A stretch of DNA of 64,000 nt, from the NCBI RefSeq assembly GCF_009914755.1, contig NC_060941.1; one strand, 5' to 3'. The stretch's first letter is position 1. The number at the start of each line of letters is the position of its first letter. Source of the stretch: the human T2T-CHM13v2.0 reference genome, Homo sapiens. This document shows, one piece after another, positions 1 through 21,860 of the stretch. The notes under the pieces are model-generated. The model was not told the DNA's origin, searched no databases, and was given only the letters and a program-made list of their open reading frames with translations. The position numbers and the translations under genes were made by a program.

Positions 1-200
1 GTTGTAGAAACGTTTTTCTCTTTTCTTGGTTTCTTTTTCTTGCAAACAAATTTTGCTTTTTTTTGGCTTCTTTTTTCTGCCTCCCCCACCCTCCCCTTTT
101 CTGCTTTCTCTCCTCCCCTCCCCATCCACCACCTCCCCCCGACCCCCATCTTTCCCCACAAAATTGTCCTTTTTTCTCTGTTTTGTGTTCCCGGTCTTAG

Positions 201-251
201 GTCCGCTCACAAAAAAACGTGACGAGGCGACGCTCAATCCGCCAGACACAG
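201..251 (+). other. NLGN2: 51-nt in-frame cassette exon (neuroligin splice site A; [17 protein letters not shown])
   Basis: Long U/C-rich tract and ttag| acceptor at 199-200; G|gtaga donor at 252; phase 1-1; length divisible by 3. Confidence 0.92.
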
Positions 252-3200
252 GTAGATTTAAAAATCCCGCTGCTGCATGTGGTTGCTTATAAGAGGACAT
301 TCATGGCCCTGCCCCTCACTAAATGTCCCCACAGCCCTCAAGGCCCCTCAGTCGTTCTCCCAACTAAAATGAAAAAGAAAAGAAAAGAAAAATGTTTAAT
401 AATTGGAAAAAAGAATTATGAAAACTTCAAACGAAATTTGAACAATGTTGGACCCAGTAGAAAACCTGCCAGAAAAGCTAAACATGGTGAAAATAAGCTG
501 AAAAACAAAAAGAAATTGGAATGTCAGAAAAATAAAATTCAAAAGAATTGGTTAAAATGTTTAGAATTTGAAAGAAATCTGGACAGTTTTGAAACTTGTG
601 AAATGTAACATTTGAAAAAACCAATTTGAAATTGGAACAAAACAACAGTTCAAAAAAAATTTAAAAGTTGGCAAATTGATGACACCATTGAAACATCAGA
701 AGCCTGTCGCAATTTCCAAAAGCCTGTCAGACACAGAAAACGCAAACATTCGAAGTGAATTAAAGAATTTGACAATTTTTTAAAACAGGGCCCAATATCT
801 TGAAGTTTCACCACAAAATTTTGAAAAAAAAATGCAAAGAATTTTTTTCTTTTTTTCTTTTTTCCCAAAATGGATCTTTTTGTTTTTTCTTTTCTTGTTG
901 AATCTGCCCCGAGAGCTTCTTGCTTTTTGGTTGTTTTTTTCTTTCTTACTTTCTTTCTTTCTTCTTTCTTGATCCTGTTTTTGTTGTTGGTTTTGAATTC
1001 TTGTCGCCCCAGCCCCTCTTCCTGCTCCTTCCCTTTCTGACCCCTCCTCCCCTCACACTGGGAGAGGGGTGGGGTGAGGATGGGAGAACTGAGGACAATT
1101 AGGACAGGACCTTGGAGGGAAGGAGATTCCGGCCTGAAAGTGCTGGGAGGTCACTTGAGGTTCAGGAGCAAAGGAGAGGACAGGATTTGAGGAGAACCCA
1201 GCGAGGGTGCTGCCCACATAGAAGCTCTGGCGGAAGCAGTCAGGAGCATGGGGGCTGCACAGGGGGTCTTAGGGATGGGAGGCAGGAAGCTGTCTGTGAG
1301 GTCAAGGAGAATGTCTTAGTGACCTGCAGGTTGACCTTCTGGCAGGAGGGATGTTTCTACCAGGATGAGGGAGGTGGGCAGAGATGCTGGGGACCAGCTG
1401 TGGAGGCCCAGGCCTGGCTTTGGTTTGCTGAGTATCCAGGCTAGCAGGGAGGGCCAGTGTCAAGAAAGAGGAGGGCCTGTGGGCCAGGGGTGACCCCAGC
1501 CCTAGCACTATGGCTGAATCATGGGGAGCTGCAGGGGAGGATACTGTAGCCTCGGGGACCCTGGCAAGCACTCTCAGACTCCCACATCCTCTGGAATTAG
1601 TCACCCTTCAGTCCAATCTGGAGCAACTCAAGGGCCTGATCACATGTGGCAGTGATCAGGGGATCCTCAGGGGGTATGGCGGGAAGGAGCCCAGTGCAGA
1701 ACCCAGGGCTCAGGCCAGTTTGGGGGTGTCCAAAACTAAGCTGCACCCTGGCTTCATTAAGCAGGCTCTTCCTCCTCCTGCCACAGTAATTAGGCTGGGG
1801 GTTGCCATGGTGACTGGGGAGGTGACCTAGAAAGGAATTAGGGCGGGGAGGAGACCAAGCCCCAGGGACCCTAGGCCTGGCACCCCTCACCCACAGACCA
1901 GGGACCCTAGGCCTGGCACCCCTCACCCACCGACCAGGGTGCCATGTGGAGTGGAGGCCCAAGGCCTGAGTCGGAGGAGACACCAGGACCCTCCCAGCAG
2001 CTCCAGCTCCAGTTCTAGCCTCGGGAGCTTGCTCTTCCCAGGGACAGGAAGGAGATGTGCTGTGTGCGGGGGTGCTGGGGGTTCCCTGGATCCAGCAGAT
2101 GCCCTAAGGAGGGCCACTGCCCACCCCCAGCCTCTACGGGGTTTCTTGGAAAGTCTGCATTGGAGAAGTGCCGCGGGGAAGGCTGGCAGAGGGTGGGGAG
2201 GGAATGTCTGCCAGGGCTAGCTGGGGAGGGAGGAGGGGAATCCGGTCTTGCCCCCCAGGGATGGGAGTGACATGTCCCCTGAGCTCCAGGCCAGTCCTCA
2301 GCAGGCCTGGGAGCTGGGCGCTGCTGCTTCCGGTCTGACTGTGTCCTTGTCCCTGACCCCCTGGCCCACCTGCCCACCCCCTCCCCACACAGATATCCGT
2401 GACCCTGGGAAGAAGCCTGTGATGCTGTTTCTCCATGGCGGCTCCTACATGGAGGGGACCGGAAACATGTTCGATGGCTCAGTCCTGGCTGCCTATGGCA
2501 ACGTCATTGTAGCCACGCTCAACTACCGTCTTGGGGTGCTCGGTGAGGGTGGGCAGCCAACTCTGGGGCTCGGGGGAGTCTGGGAGGTGGGCCTGGTGGG
2601 CAGGGTTCCTCCACATCCAGCAGAATGGCTTCTGGGCTGGACTGAGCTGCCCAGAAAGGGGGCAGGGGCGCTGTGACACCTCCAGGGAGCCCTCTTCTTC
2701 TCTACTCCCAGGTTTTCTCAGCACCGGGGACCAGGCTGCAAAAGGCAACTATGGGCTCCTGGACCAGATCCAGGCCCTGCGCTGGCTCAGTGAAAACATC
2801 GCCCACTTTGGGGGCGACCCCGAGCGTATCACCATCTTTGGTTCCGGGGCAGGGGCCTCCTGCGTCAACCTTCTGATCCTCTCCCACCATTCAGAAGGTA
2901 CCAGCAGTGTCCCAGCCTGTTCCACCCTTCCCAACCCTGCCAACTCCCCCCTCTCCTTCAGGCCGGTACTCACAGCCTGGCCTGAGGTCTGCCTGTCCCG
3001 CCAGGGCTGTTCCAGAAGGCCATCGCCCAGAGTGGCACCGCCATTTCCAGCTGGTCTGTCAACTACCAGCCGCTCAAGTACACGCGGCTGCTGGCAGCCA
3101 AGGTGGGCTGTGACCGAGAGGACAGTGCTGAAGCTGTGGAGTGTCTGCGCCGGAAGCCCTCCCGGGAGCTGGTGGACCAGGACGTGCAGCCTGCCCGGTA

Positions 3201-5847
3201 TGGGGTGGGAGAGGGCTGGGTCCAGGCCTTCAAGGTTCCAAGGAGGCTGAGGTGAGAGGTGCCTGTGGGCATACCATTTGGCAAGGAGAGATGGGCTTCT
3301 GGCCCCCAGTAAGTGGCCTCCTCTTGCAAGCCTTCCTTCAGTGGAGGTGCTCAATCAGAGCAGGTGAGCACAGGGTGCCATGAAGTGCTTTGGGATGACT
3401 TCCAGAGAGGCCAGATCTCCCAAAGGACCCACTGGAGGATTTCAAGTAGGGAAGAAGGGTCTTGCAGGTAGAGGGAAGCATCTGCGTGTGGGCTTAGCAG
3501 GCCACAGGCCAAGAGGAGGCCAGTGAGCAGGTGGTGAGACCCTGACCCCTTCTCCCCAGCTACCACATCGCCTTTGGGCCCGTGGTGGATGGCGACGTGG
3601 TCCCCGATGACCCTGAGATCCTCATGCAGCAGGGAGAATTCCTCAACTACGACATGCTCATCGGTGTCAACCAGGGAGAGGGCCTCAAGTTCGTGGAGGA
3701 CTCTGCAGAGAGCGAGGACGGTGTGTCTGCCAGCGCCTTTGACTTCACTGTCTCCAACTTTGTGGACAACCTGTATGGCTACCCGGAAGGCAAGGATGTG
3801 CTTCGGGAGACCATCAAGTTTATGTACACAGACTGGGCCGACCGGGACAATGGCGAAATGCGCCGCAAAACCCTGCTGGCGCTCTTTACTGACCACCAAT
3901 GGGTGGCACCAGCTGTGGCCACTGCCAAGCTGCACGCCGACTACCAGTCTCCCGTCTACTTTTACACCTTCTACCACCACTGCCAGGCGGAGGGCCGGCC
4001 TGAGTGGGCAGATGCGGCGCACGGGGATGAACTGCCCTATGTCTTTGGCGTGCCCATGGTGGGTGCCACCGACCTCTTCCCCTGTAACTTCTCCAAGAAT
4101 GACGTCATGCTCAGTGCCGTGGTCATGACCTACTGGACCAACTTCGCCAAGACTGGGTGAGGGCCAGAGGGGCTGGGCGGGGCTGGGCGGGGCCCTCCCT
4201 CCTTCACATGGCCGCCGTTCCTCTGTTAAGGCACTCACTCTGGCCTGCCCTCTTGCTCGAGTGAAACCAACCCAGACACCTCTGTGCCAGGCACGGAGTT
4301 GAGCGTTGGAGACTCAGCAGTATCAGACAGAGAAGCCGCTGTCCTTTCTGGGGAGTTGGGGGCCCACTCAGTGGCTTTGGCTTGGCGTCTGTCTCTCCCT
4401 CCTCCTTGCCTGATCCCCCCTGCCCGACCCCCCAGGGCTCTGCATCTCTGGCTGACTGCTCAGGTGTGTGTGTCTGAGTGTGTGTAAGAGTTTGTGTGTC
4501 TCTACTTCTGTCTCTGTCTCTCTGAAAATCCACTGACAGCTCTCCACCTCCCTCTGCTGCTCTCTTTTGTCTGCTTACTTTTCGCTTTCTCTGGCTGCCG
4601 GCTGATTTCAGCCTGGCTGTGTATCTGTCTCTGGCTGTCCCTCCCGTGTCTTTGACCCTGTCTGTGTTTCATTCAGGCTCAGCTTCTGCTTCTCCCTGGC
4701 TATCTCTGTGTGTGTCCCTGCCCCTCTGCCCGCATTTCTGGCTGTCTCTGCCAGTCTGTCTCCATCCCTATTTGCCTATTTGCCTGAAGAGACAGGCAGT
4801 TTCTCTGTCTCTTCATATCCATCTGTGTCTCTCTGCCTCTGTGACTTTTTCTCTGGCTTTCTTGCTGTCCCCCTGTCTCTCTGCATCTCTGTCTGTCTCC
4901 CTGCCCACTGCCATCCACCCTCCTTCAGAGCCTTGCCCTCACTCCTCCTTTCCCTGCCCTCCTGTGCCCACAGGGACCCCAACCAGCCGGTGCCGCAGGA
5001 TACCAAGTTCATCCACACCAAGCCCAATCGCTTCGAGGAGGTGGTGTGGAGCAAATTCAACAGCAAGGAGAAGCAGTATCTGCACATAGGCCTGAAGCCA
5101 CGCGTGCGTGACAACTACCGCGCCAACAAGGTGGCCTTCTGGCTGGAGCTCGTGCCCCACCTGCACAACCTGCACACGGAGCTCTTCACCACCACCACGC
5201 GCCTGCCTCCCTACGCCACGCGCTGGCCGCCTCGTCCCCCCGCTGGCGCCCCGGGCACACGCCGGCCCCCGCCGCCTGCCACCCTGCCTCCCGAGCCCGA
5301 GCCCGAGCCCGGCCCAAGGGCCTATGACCGCTTCCCCGGGGACTCACGGGACTACTCCACGGAGCTGAGCGTCACCGTGGCCGTGGGTGCCTCCCTCCTC
5401 TTCCTCAACATCCTGGCCTTTGCTGCCCTCTACTACAAGCGGGACCGGCGGCAGGAGCTGCGGTGCAGGCGGCTTAGCCCACCTGGCGGCTCAGGCTCTG
5501 GCGTGCCTGGTGGGGGCCCCCTGCTCCCCGCCGCGGGCCGTGAGCTGCCACCAGAGGAGGAGCTGGTGTCACTGCAGCTGAAGCGGGGTGGTGGCGTCGG
5601 GGCGGACCCTGCCGAGGCTCTGCGCCCTGCCTGCCCGCCCGACTACACCCTGGCCCTGCGCCGGGCACCGGACGATGTGCCTCTCTTGGCCCCCGGGGCC
5701 CTGACCCTGCTGCCCAGTGGCCTGGGGCCACCGCCACCCCCACCGCCCCCCTCCCTTCATCCCTTCGGGCCCTTCCCCCCGCCCCCTCCCACCGCTACCA
5801 GCCACAACAACACGCTACCCCACCCCCACTCCACCACTCGGGTATAG
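201..5847 (+). CDS. NLGN2: Neuroligin-2, partial (exon 1 upstream of window). Exons: 201-251 (splice-site A insert), 2393-2542, 2712-2897, 3005-3197, 3560-4156, 4974-5847
   Basis: Exons have AG/GT boundaries with compatible phases. They encode the cholinesterase-like ectodomain ([33 protein letters not shown], and GSGAG with Gly at the catalytic-Ser position), a TM helix ([24 protein letters not shown]), the gephyrin-binding [10 protein letters not shown], a polyproline tract and the PDZ ligand HSTTRV-stop. Confidence 0.98.
1801..1814. promoter_or_regulatory. RFX X-box-like palindrome in NLGN2 intron
   Basis: GTTGCCATGGTGAC versus consensus GTTGCCATGGCAAC; motif match only. Confidence 0.45.
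1862..1939 (+). repeat. 36-bp tandem duplication (2 copies plus a partial third)
   Basis: CCAGGGACCCTAGGCCTGGCACCCCTCACCCAC(A/C)GA at 1862-1897 and 1898-1933, then CCAGGG. Confidence 0.9.
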
Positions 5848-7884
5848 GGGGTGGGTGGGGAGGCCCTCCTCCCCGGCCCTCCCTGGCCCGGCCACTCCGA
5901 AGGCAGGGAGGAGGACTTGGCAACTGGCTTTTCTCCTGTGGAGTCGTCACACGCCATCCAGCAGCGCTAAGGTGGACATGGGATTCCTCCCTGCGATGCG
6001 TGTCTTTCCCACGCAGAGAAGCCCAGTCTCTTCTCTGGATCTGGGCCTTTGAACAACTGGGGGGCGTTTTCTCCCCCCCATTGGGACACCAGTCTTCGGT
6101 GTGTGGAATGTGGTATTTTCCCGCGTGGAGGTGTGCTTTCTCACAACGGGGTGTGTTTTCCCATGTGCAGGGTGAGGTTTTTTTTTGCCACCCTGGACAC
6201 ATGTTGGCCCCCTCAAAGAATTTCTGTGGGGATTTGTACCCCAGAATCCTGTTCCCCCATCCCTTCTCCCACCTCCTCCCCTCTCCCTCCCCCTGGAGAC
6301 CCTGGAAGTGGTGTGTTCACATACAGTGACCCTTGGCCACCAGACCACAGAGGATGGAGCCTGGGAAGCAGCGAGGAAATCACAGCCCCCTCGCCCCTGC
6401 CTCCCTTGCCCCTACCCCGGCGAAGCATGTTCCCCCCGACGCCCCCCTTGGCACAAGTCAGATGAAGCACGTTCTGCCGGGGAGGCCCTCACCTTCCAGA
6501 GAGGACAGACACAGATTTCCTGCTGGGGGAGGGAGGAGTCCACGCATCCTGATGCTGCCTGGAAGCTTATTTTCCCGTGGCCAGGATGCATTTCTCTGAG
6601 TGGAAACAGGTTCTTGCATGTGGATGTGTGTTTCCCCAGGCAGACGGCCCCTCTCTTCCCAGCACTTCCCTGCCTCCCCCAGGCCTCAGGCCCAGCACCC
6701 AGTTCCTCCTCACATGGCAGGTGAGCACAGACTTCTAGTTGGCAGGAGCTGAGGAGGGTGAACAAACCCCGAGGGAGGCCCGGCCCTTGCTCCCGAGTTG
6801 GGGGGAGGGGGTGTGGCAACGTGCCCCCCGCAGAGGCCACGCATGTTTGACCAAAGCCCTCATTGTGGTCCGAGGACAGCCTTTTCCCCAGGCCTCAGAG
6901 CATTGCTCATCCGTGCCAAACTGGGTAGGTGGATTTGAGCGGAAAGACTCCCAAAATGTGCCAAGAATTTCCCAGTCCCAGGCAGGGCAGGGGAAACTAA
7001 GGGCAAGCAGGATACAGGGCGAGGGATGTGGCAGGTGAGGGGGCTCCCGCCTGTGCCCCTTCTCCTCACCATGTCTCCCCCACCCTGCCTCAGTTCTCCG
7101 TTCCCCTTCATCTCCGTCCCCCTCTTTGAAGCTGTCCCCATCTCAGTGTCAGACCAGCCTTCTCCTCAGCTGACCACCCTCCTCTGACCCACGCCCCCTC
7201 CTTGTCTGAAAGAAAGGAGCCTTGAATGGTGGAGGGAGGCAGTGGGGAGAAAGGTCTCACCGGACAGGTTGGGAGAATGAGGTCAGCGGTGCTGGGGAAC
7301 AGATGGAGGGGGCAGTGGGGACAGGGCTTGGGCAGACACCAGCAGGAATAATTTGAAATGTGTGAGGTGACTCCCCGGAGGGCCTTGGGCTTGGGCATTT
7401 GGGAAAAGAATGATGTCTGGAAGGGCTTAAGGGACACAGTGGACGAGGGGAGAGTCCTCATCTGCTGGCATTTTGTGGGGTGTTAGTGCCAAACTTGAAT
7501 AGGGGCTGGGGTGCTGTCTTCCACTGACACCCAAATCCAGAATCCCTGGTCTTGAGTCCCCAGAACTTTGCCTCTTGACTGTCCCTTCTCTTCCTACCTC
7601 CATCCATGGAAAATTAGTTATTTTCTGATCCTTTCCCCTGCCTGGTCTAGCTCCTCTCCAAACAGCCATGCCCTCCAAATGCTAGAGACCTGGGCCCTGA
7701 ACCCTGTAGACAGATGCCCTCAGAATTGGGGCATGGGAGGGGGGCTGGGGGACCCCATGATTCAGCCACGGACTCCAATGCCCAGCTCCTCTCCCCAAAA
7801 CAATCCCGACAATCCCTTATCCCTACCCCAACCCTTTGCGGCTCTGTACACATTTTTAAACCTGGCAAAAGATGAAGAGAATAT

Positions 7885-7896
7885 TGTAAATATAAA
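7885..7896 (+). terminator. Probable NLGN2 poly(A) signal (non-canonical AATATA/TATAAA) overlapping a Pumilio-type TGTAAATA
   Basis: TGTAAATATAAA followed by a GT-rich stretch (tgttggttgtg); no AATAAA was noticed in the ~2 kb 3'UTR. Confidence 0.6.
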
Positions 7897-8041
7897 AGTT
7901 TAACTGTTGGTTGTGCCTGCTCTGTTGTGGGGAGGGCGGTCTCTAAAGAAACAAGCCCTGGGGAAGTGACGAGGGAGGAGGGGTCTTTTCAGTGACCAGC
8001 TCTGAGGTCTGAGAGGAAGGGGGAGTGTGTGCTGGGGTCTG

Positions 8042-8055
8042 GTTGCCATGGTAAT
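8042..8055. promoter_or_regulatory. RFX X-box-like element upstream of SPEM1
   Basis: GTTGCCATGGTAAT, about 390 bp before the SPEM1 ATG; RFX2 is an established spermiogenesis regulator. Confidence 0.5.
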
Positions 8056-8432
8056 GGGTCTGTTTGGCAAATGAATGTCAGGACCCGTGTCTATGCCGAG
8101 ACTGGAGCCTGGTGTCGTTCTATAATGGAAGGACAAAGGCTGATGGGGGCAGATGTCAAACAGGCCAGAGGCCCAGTGGGCTGGTGTAGGCAGCTAGCTC
8201 AGCAGAGGTATGTGAGGTGAGAGGCATGGCCTCTGCCAAGGCCTGGACTCAGGCGAGAGGGTCAGCCACGGGTCCAGGACTCAGGGTAGCCCCTTGGCAC
8301 ACTGGAAGGGAGTGGCCTGGCACCATTGTGACCCGTTCACTCCCAAGACCCTCAGGGACAGGCAGGCAGTCAGTGGACACTGTCGGCACGGTGGGCTGGG
8401 GGCGTAAGGGCCCCGGTGGTCCTAGGGACCCC

Positions 8433-9653
8433 ATGGCCATGGTTGAGCGGCCGAGGCCCGAGTGGGCCTCGTATCACAACTGCAACAGCAACAGCTGCCA
8501 GGACCTGGGCAACTCTGTCCTGTTGCTGCTGGGCCTCATCATCTGCATTAACATTAGCATCAATATAGTGACCCTGGTCAGGGTGGGGCCAGATGGGAGG
8601 GAGCTGGTGGGATAGTGGGGGGCAGGCCTGCCGGCCAGGGCCTACCTGGGATCACTGTGTCTTCCCCCACCTAGCTCTGGAGCCGATTCCGTGGTGTCTT
8701 ATACCAAGTGTTCCATGATACCATTTGTGAGAAAGGTAAGAGGTCTGGGGGCTGGGACATAGGAGGGGCAGAAACCAAGTGCTCTAGCCTCAGCCCTAAA
8801 TTAGCCCCTTCCCTTCTTGCTCGCCCCTCTCAGACAACATAGCTGTGTGGCTGCCCTTCCTGGGCCCTGCCTCTCCATGCCTGTAGGAGCTGGCCTCCCC
8901 ACTAGTCTCACCTCTCCCCCATCCACAGAAGCTCCCAAGTCATCATTACTCAGAAAGCAGACCCAGCCCCCTAAGAAGCAGAGTTCTCCTGCAGTCCATC
9001 TTCGGTGCACCATGGACCCTGTGATGATGACTGTGTCCCCGCCCCCAGCTCACCGCCATCGCCGTCGAGGCTCTCCCACACGCTGTGCTCACTGCCCAGT
9101 AGCTTGGGCTCCTGACACTGATGACGAGAAGCCTCATCAGTACCCAGCCATCTGCTCCTACCACTGGGATGTCCCTGAGGACTGGGAAGGCTTCCAACAC
9201 ACTCAGGGGACCTGGGTTCCCTGGTCTCAGGATGCCCCAGAGTCCCCTCCCCAGACCATCCGCTTCCAGCCTACCGTAGAGGAAAGGCCCCTCAAAACAG
9301 GCATATGGTCCGAGCTGGGCCTAAGGGCCTATGTGTATCCTGTGAACCCCCCACCTCCCAGCCCTGAGGCTCCTAGCCACAAGAACGGTGGGGAGGGGGC
9401 GGTGCCAGAGGCAGAGGCGGCTCAGTACCAGCCTGTCCCAGCTCCCACCCTGGGCCCAGCAGTCATCCCTGAATTTTCCCGGCACCGCTCCTCAGGCCGA
9501 ATAGTGTATGATGCCCGGGACATGAGACGGCGGCTTCGGGAACTGACCCGGGAGGTGGAGGCCCTGTCCGGCTGCTACCCCCTAGCCTCTGGATCCAGCA
9601 CTGCCGAGGAGACAAGCAAGAATTGGGTGTACCGTTCCCTAACTGGGAGGTGA
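8433..9653 (+). CDS. SPEM1: Spermatid maturation protein 1 (309 aa). Exons 8433-8576, 8675-8735, 8929-9653
   Basis: 144+61+725 = 930 nt intact frame. Begins MAMVERPRPEW, has an N-terminal hydrophobic helix LLLLGLIICINISINIVTL, and AATAAA at 9663-9668. Confidence 0.95.
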
Positions 9654-9662
9654 CTGGAAAAA

Positions 9663-9668
9663 AATAAA
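9663..9668 (+). terminator. SPEM1 poly(A) signal AATAAA
   Basis: Canonical hexamer starting 10 nt after the stop codon. Confidence 0.75.
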
Positions 9669-9884
9669 AAGGAGAGAGGAGGTGATCTGTGGTGGTGCTG
9701 GGGTGCCAGGGCCCACACAGCACCTAGAAGCTGTGGCTGTGAAGAGAATGCTCTCCCTAGCCACAGGGCCCTGAGCCCTGAGGACCCTCATTAACCTTTT
9801 GCCCCACAGGCCTGTCCCTGTCCTCAGCCTTTCCTAGGCCCTTCTGGGTTCCAAGGCTCTTACCTGCCTCTACCTTGTTTTCAA

Positions 9885-10686
<802 letters not shown>

Positions 10687-10971
10687 TAGTGCACAGAGAA
10701 GCCCCTAAATTCTACCCCAGGTCCCCAGGCAGTCGTGCACTAGAGGAGAGATCTCCATCTCCATGGCCCTAGCTCCTCAGAAGGCTGGTGCCTGCCAGAG
10801 CCCAGCGTTAGGCTGCAGCCACCGGTGAGGCCTGGTTCCCACGTAAGCCCTGGTTTATTTGGGGAGGGATGGCTGAGAGGGCGTCTAGTCCTTCACAGTT
10901 CCCCAGTCACCCTGAAGGTCCTATACCCTTAAGCAGGATTGGAGCAGAGGAGGAAATATTGGGGCCCCCTT

Positions 10972-11603
<632 letters not shown>

Positions 11604-12279
11604 TCAAGAGGTACCTCACTGTAACATCACAGCTCTCTGTGACCTCACTCCTTTGATTAACTCACCATGTCACCAGTGAGGAGACTAAGTTCAGAGAAGC
11701 TAAGGGTCTTGCTCATGGTTACACAGACACTGAGGATCAAGCTCATGGCCTCAGATGCTCCATCCCATTGCTGCAGAGCCAGCCTGACCCACCAGAACCT
11801 CCCACCTTCCCCAGTTCACCATGTGAACTCAGAAACTGAGAAACAGAGAAACTCAGGCCCTGCCTTTCTGCTACACAATTGGGATCATATGCACATGCAC
11901 ACACATACCACTTGAGAACAAGCAGCTGTGTGCGTGAGCCCAGGCTGAGGGAGCTGGACTTCACCTTCCACTCTAGACAGATTCCTGGAATGTGAGCAGA
12001 CGGACCGTTTACAAATGGCCCTACTTCTCTCATTCAACTAACGTTACTGATCATTTTCAATGGATTCCATTCAGTGGAATCTGAATCTACTCTGCATCTA
12101 CTCTGTGTTTGGAGGCTGGATGGGATATGATCACTGGCCTTTCTTTCTGCTGAGTGGTTCACTGTGTAAACAAATGGCTTGCAGTCTCCAGGGCACCACA
12201 GACCCCAGTGATGCACCTGTTTTAAGTCAAACACTCTTTTTGGTATATTAACAATTACATGTATTTTGTGCTTTGTTAA

Positions 12280-12955
<676 letters not shown>

Positions 12956-13729
12956 TCGGGTTTTCTTCAGGTAGTAGCTTAACCGTTTTTCACCTTGGAG
13001 TAAGGGTGGGTTGGTGGGAGTGTAGGTGGTTAGGTTGGAGAAACCATGGCTGGGGTTGGTTCCCAGCAGAGGCAGCCACCTCAGTGAGTCAGATGTCAGT
13101 GTGACGAAGTGGCTGGTGGGCTCAAGGACCACCAACACCTAGGGCTGGAGTCTGGCCAGGAAGAATTGGGCAGAGATGGGAGCTAGAGGACTTTTGACAG
13201 GGAAATGGGCAGAGTAGGGAGGGGCTGGTACAGCAGGGTGATGCCTGAGGGGACGCAGTGTCACCCGCCCATCTAGTCACCCTAGATGCTGGCCCCAAAG
13301 TAACCATGGGGCAAGGCACGCCAACAGGCTATGTAAGTTGCCATAATGTCTCAAAAGAACAATGAAACAGGACATATCTGATGCATGCTTCAACCCTGTG
13401 ACGACCGTGTCAGCCTCTAACTACCCTATCTTCAGCTCAGGAACCAGCTGTGGGGTTAAGCAAACCTCGTGGAGATAGAGGAACAGACTGAGATCTGGGA
13501 TATGTGGGGACCGGGCTCCACCAAGTAGGAGCCAAGGGTGGAGATGGCGGTAGAAGGGGCCAGCAGAATGGATAAAAGCTGCCACCTCCACATTGTGACT
13601 CTCGCTAGCTCACCTCATTGTGACCTGGCTCCCTTACCAGCTTGTAGTTATCTCCGGGGATTGGCATGAGTGCAGTGTGGGTTGGGGCCGGGGGTGGGGG
13701 GCAGAGGGGGGTGGCCCAGGTGGCCCTAG

Positions 13730-15550
<1,821 letters not shown>

Positions 15551-16044
15551 CCAGCAGGCGGATGTGGGGTGTGGGGCAGGGCATGGAGGGAGAGGAATAA
15601 AGAGAAACAGAGTCCAGGAAACACTGTGGTGGTCTGTAGCGTGGGAGTGCCACTCCTTCGGCCAGCCTGGGTCCCTGCCCTTGGCTTCCTGAAATGAGAA
15701 ACCAGTGTCCCCTTCTTGGTGTGAGGCACCCCTTGGCTTAGTGGCCACGCGGCTGCCAGCAGGCCCTCCTAGTCTGCACCATGCACTACGTAGCTCTTGC
15801 ACTGGCTGACGACAACCACCCAGGCTCTTTATTCTCCCTGTTTCCAGCAAGGATCAGGTCTGGATTCTGAACTCAGTGTCTTGAGTGGAGCTCTTTGGGA
15901 TTTACTTAGCACATGGTACAGGACCAGGCCAAGGCTCTGGATTCCAGCCATGCCTTCCCCAAGGCTCTGAGGCGGAGGTCTCCCCAGTCTCTGGTGTGGT
16001 CAAGAGGTAAAGGATTCAGGATTCTGAAATGAAACTGCAGGAGT

Positions 16045-16660
<616 letters not shown>

Positions 16661-16935
16661 AAGAAACTGCAGGAGTGATGGAATGAGAGTGAGTGAGTCA
16701 CCCAGCAGTAGAGAACGATGGAGAAACAGGAGAGGGTCACTGGCTTCCAGACCCTGTTTGCCTGTCCATACCTGGTTACTCAAACCTGGTTACCAGAGAG
16801 TTCCACCCTGGGCCCTCCTCTTCCTCGACGTTCCTCATTGTGACCCTGACCACCTGCCTCATTATGACTCAGTCCACCCCCTCCCCAACAACAGGAGTCT
16901 TGCTCCTAGTGACTGTGTGAGGGCCGGGGGCCTAG

Positions 16936-20816
<3,881 letters not shown>

Positions 20817-20996
20817 TGAGAACCTTGGACAAAGAGGGGACAAAAGTGCATCAGGAATAAAGAGGCGAGAGAAATGTTCTGTGTTTGTTTGAGGACATCC
20901 ACCCCAGCCCATCCCCGATACTGGCCACCCACAAAGCCACTGAGGACAGGTCCCTGTTTCTCCTCCATAGCTGCATAGCTAAGCCCATTATCCTCA

Positions 20997-21860
<864 letters not shown>

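Noticed and set aside
219-608. 129-aa Lys-rich ORF
   Set aside because: By-product of the A-rich intron composition; non-ATG start, out of frame with the real exon, no family resemblance.
2898-3004. Possible NLGN1-like splice-site B insert
   Set aside because: No second in-frame GT donor 27 nt downstream; retaining the 107-nt intron would shift the frame.
3351-4238. 295-aa antisense ORF over NLGN2 exon 6
   Set aside because: Typical reverse-frame shadow of a GC3-rich coding exon.
4708-4973. Apparent N-terminal extension of the last NLGN2 exon (379-aa ORF)
   Set aside because: It is the CT-rich polypyrimidine intron before the true acceptor at 4972-4973; GTG start.
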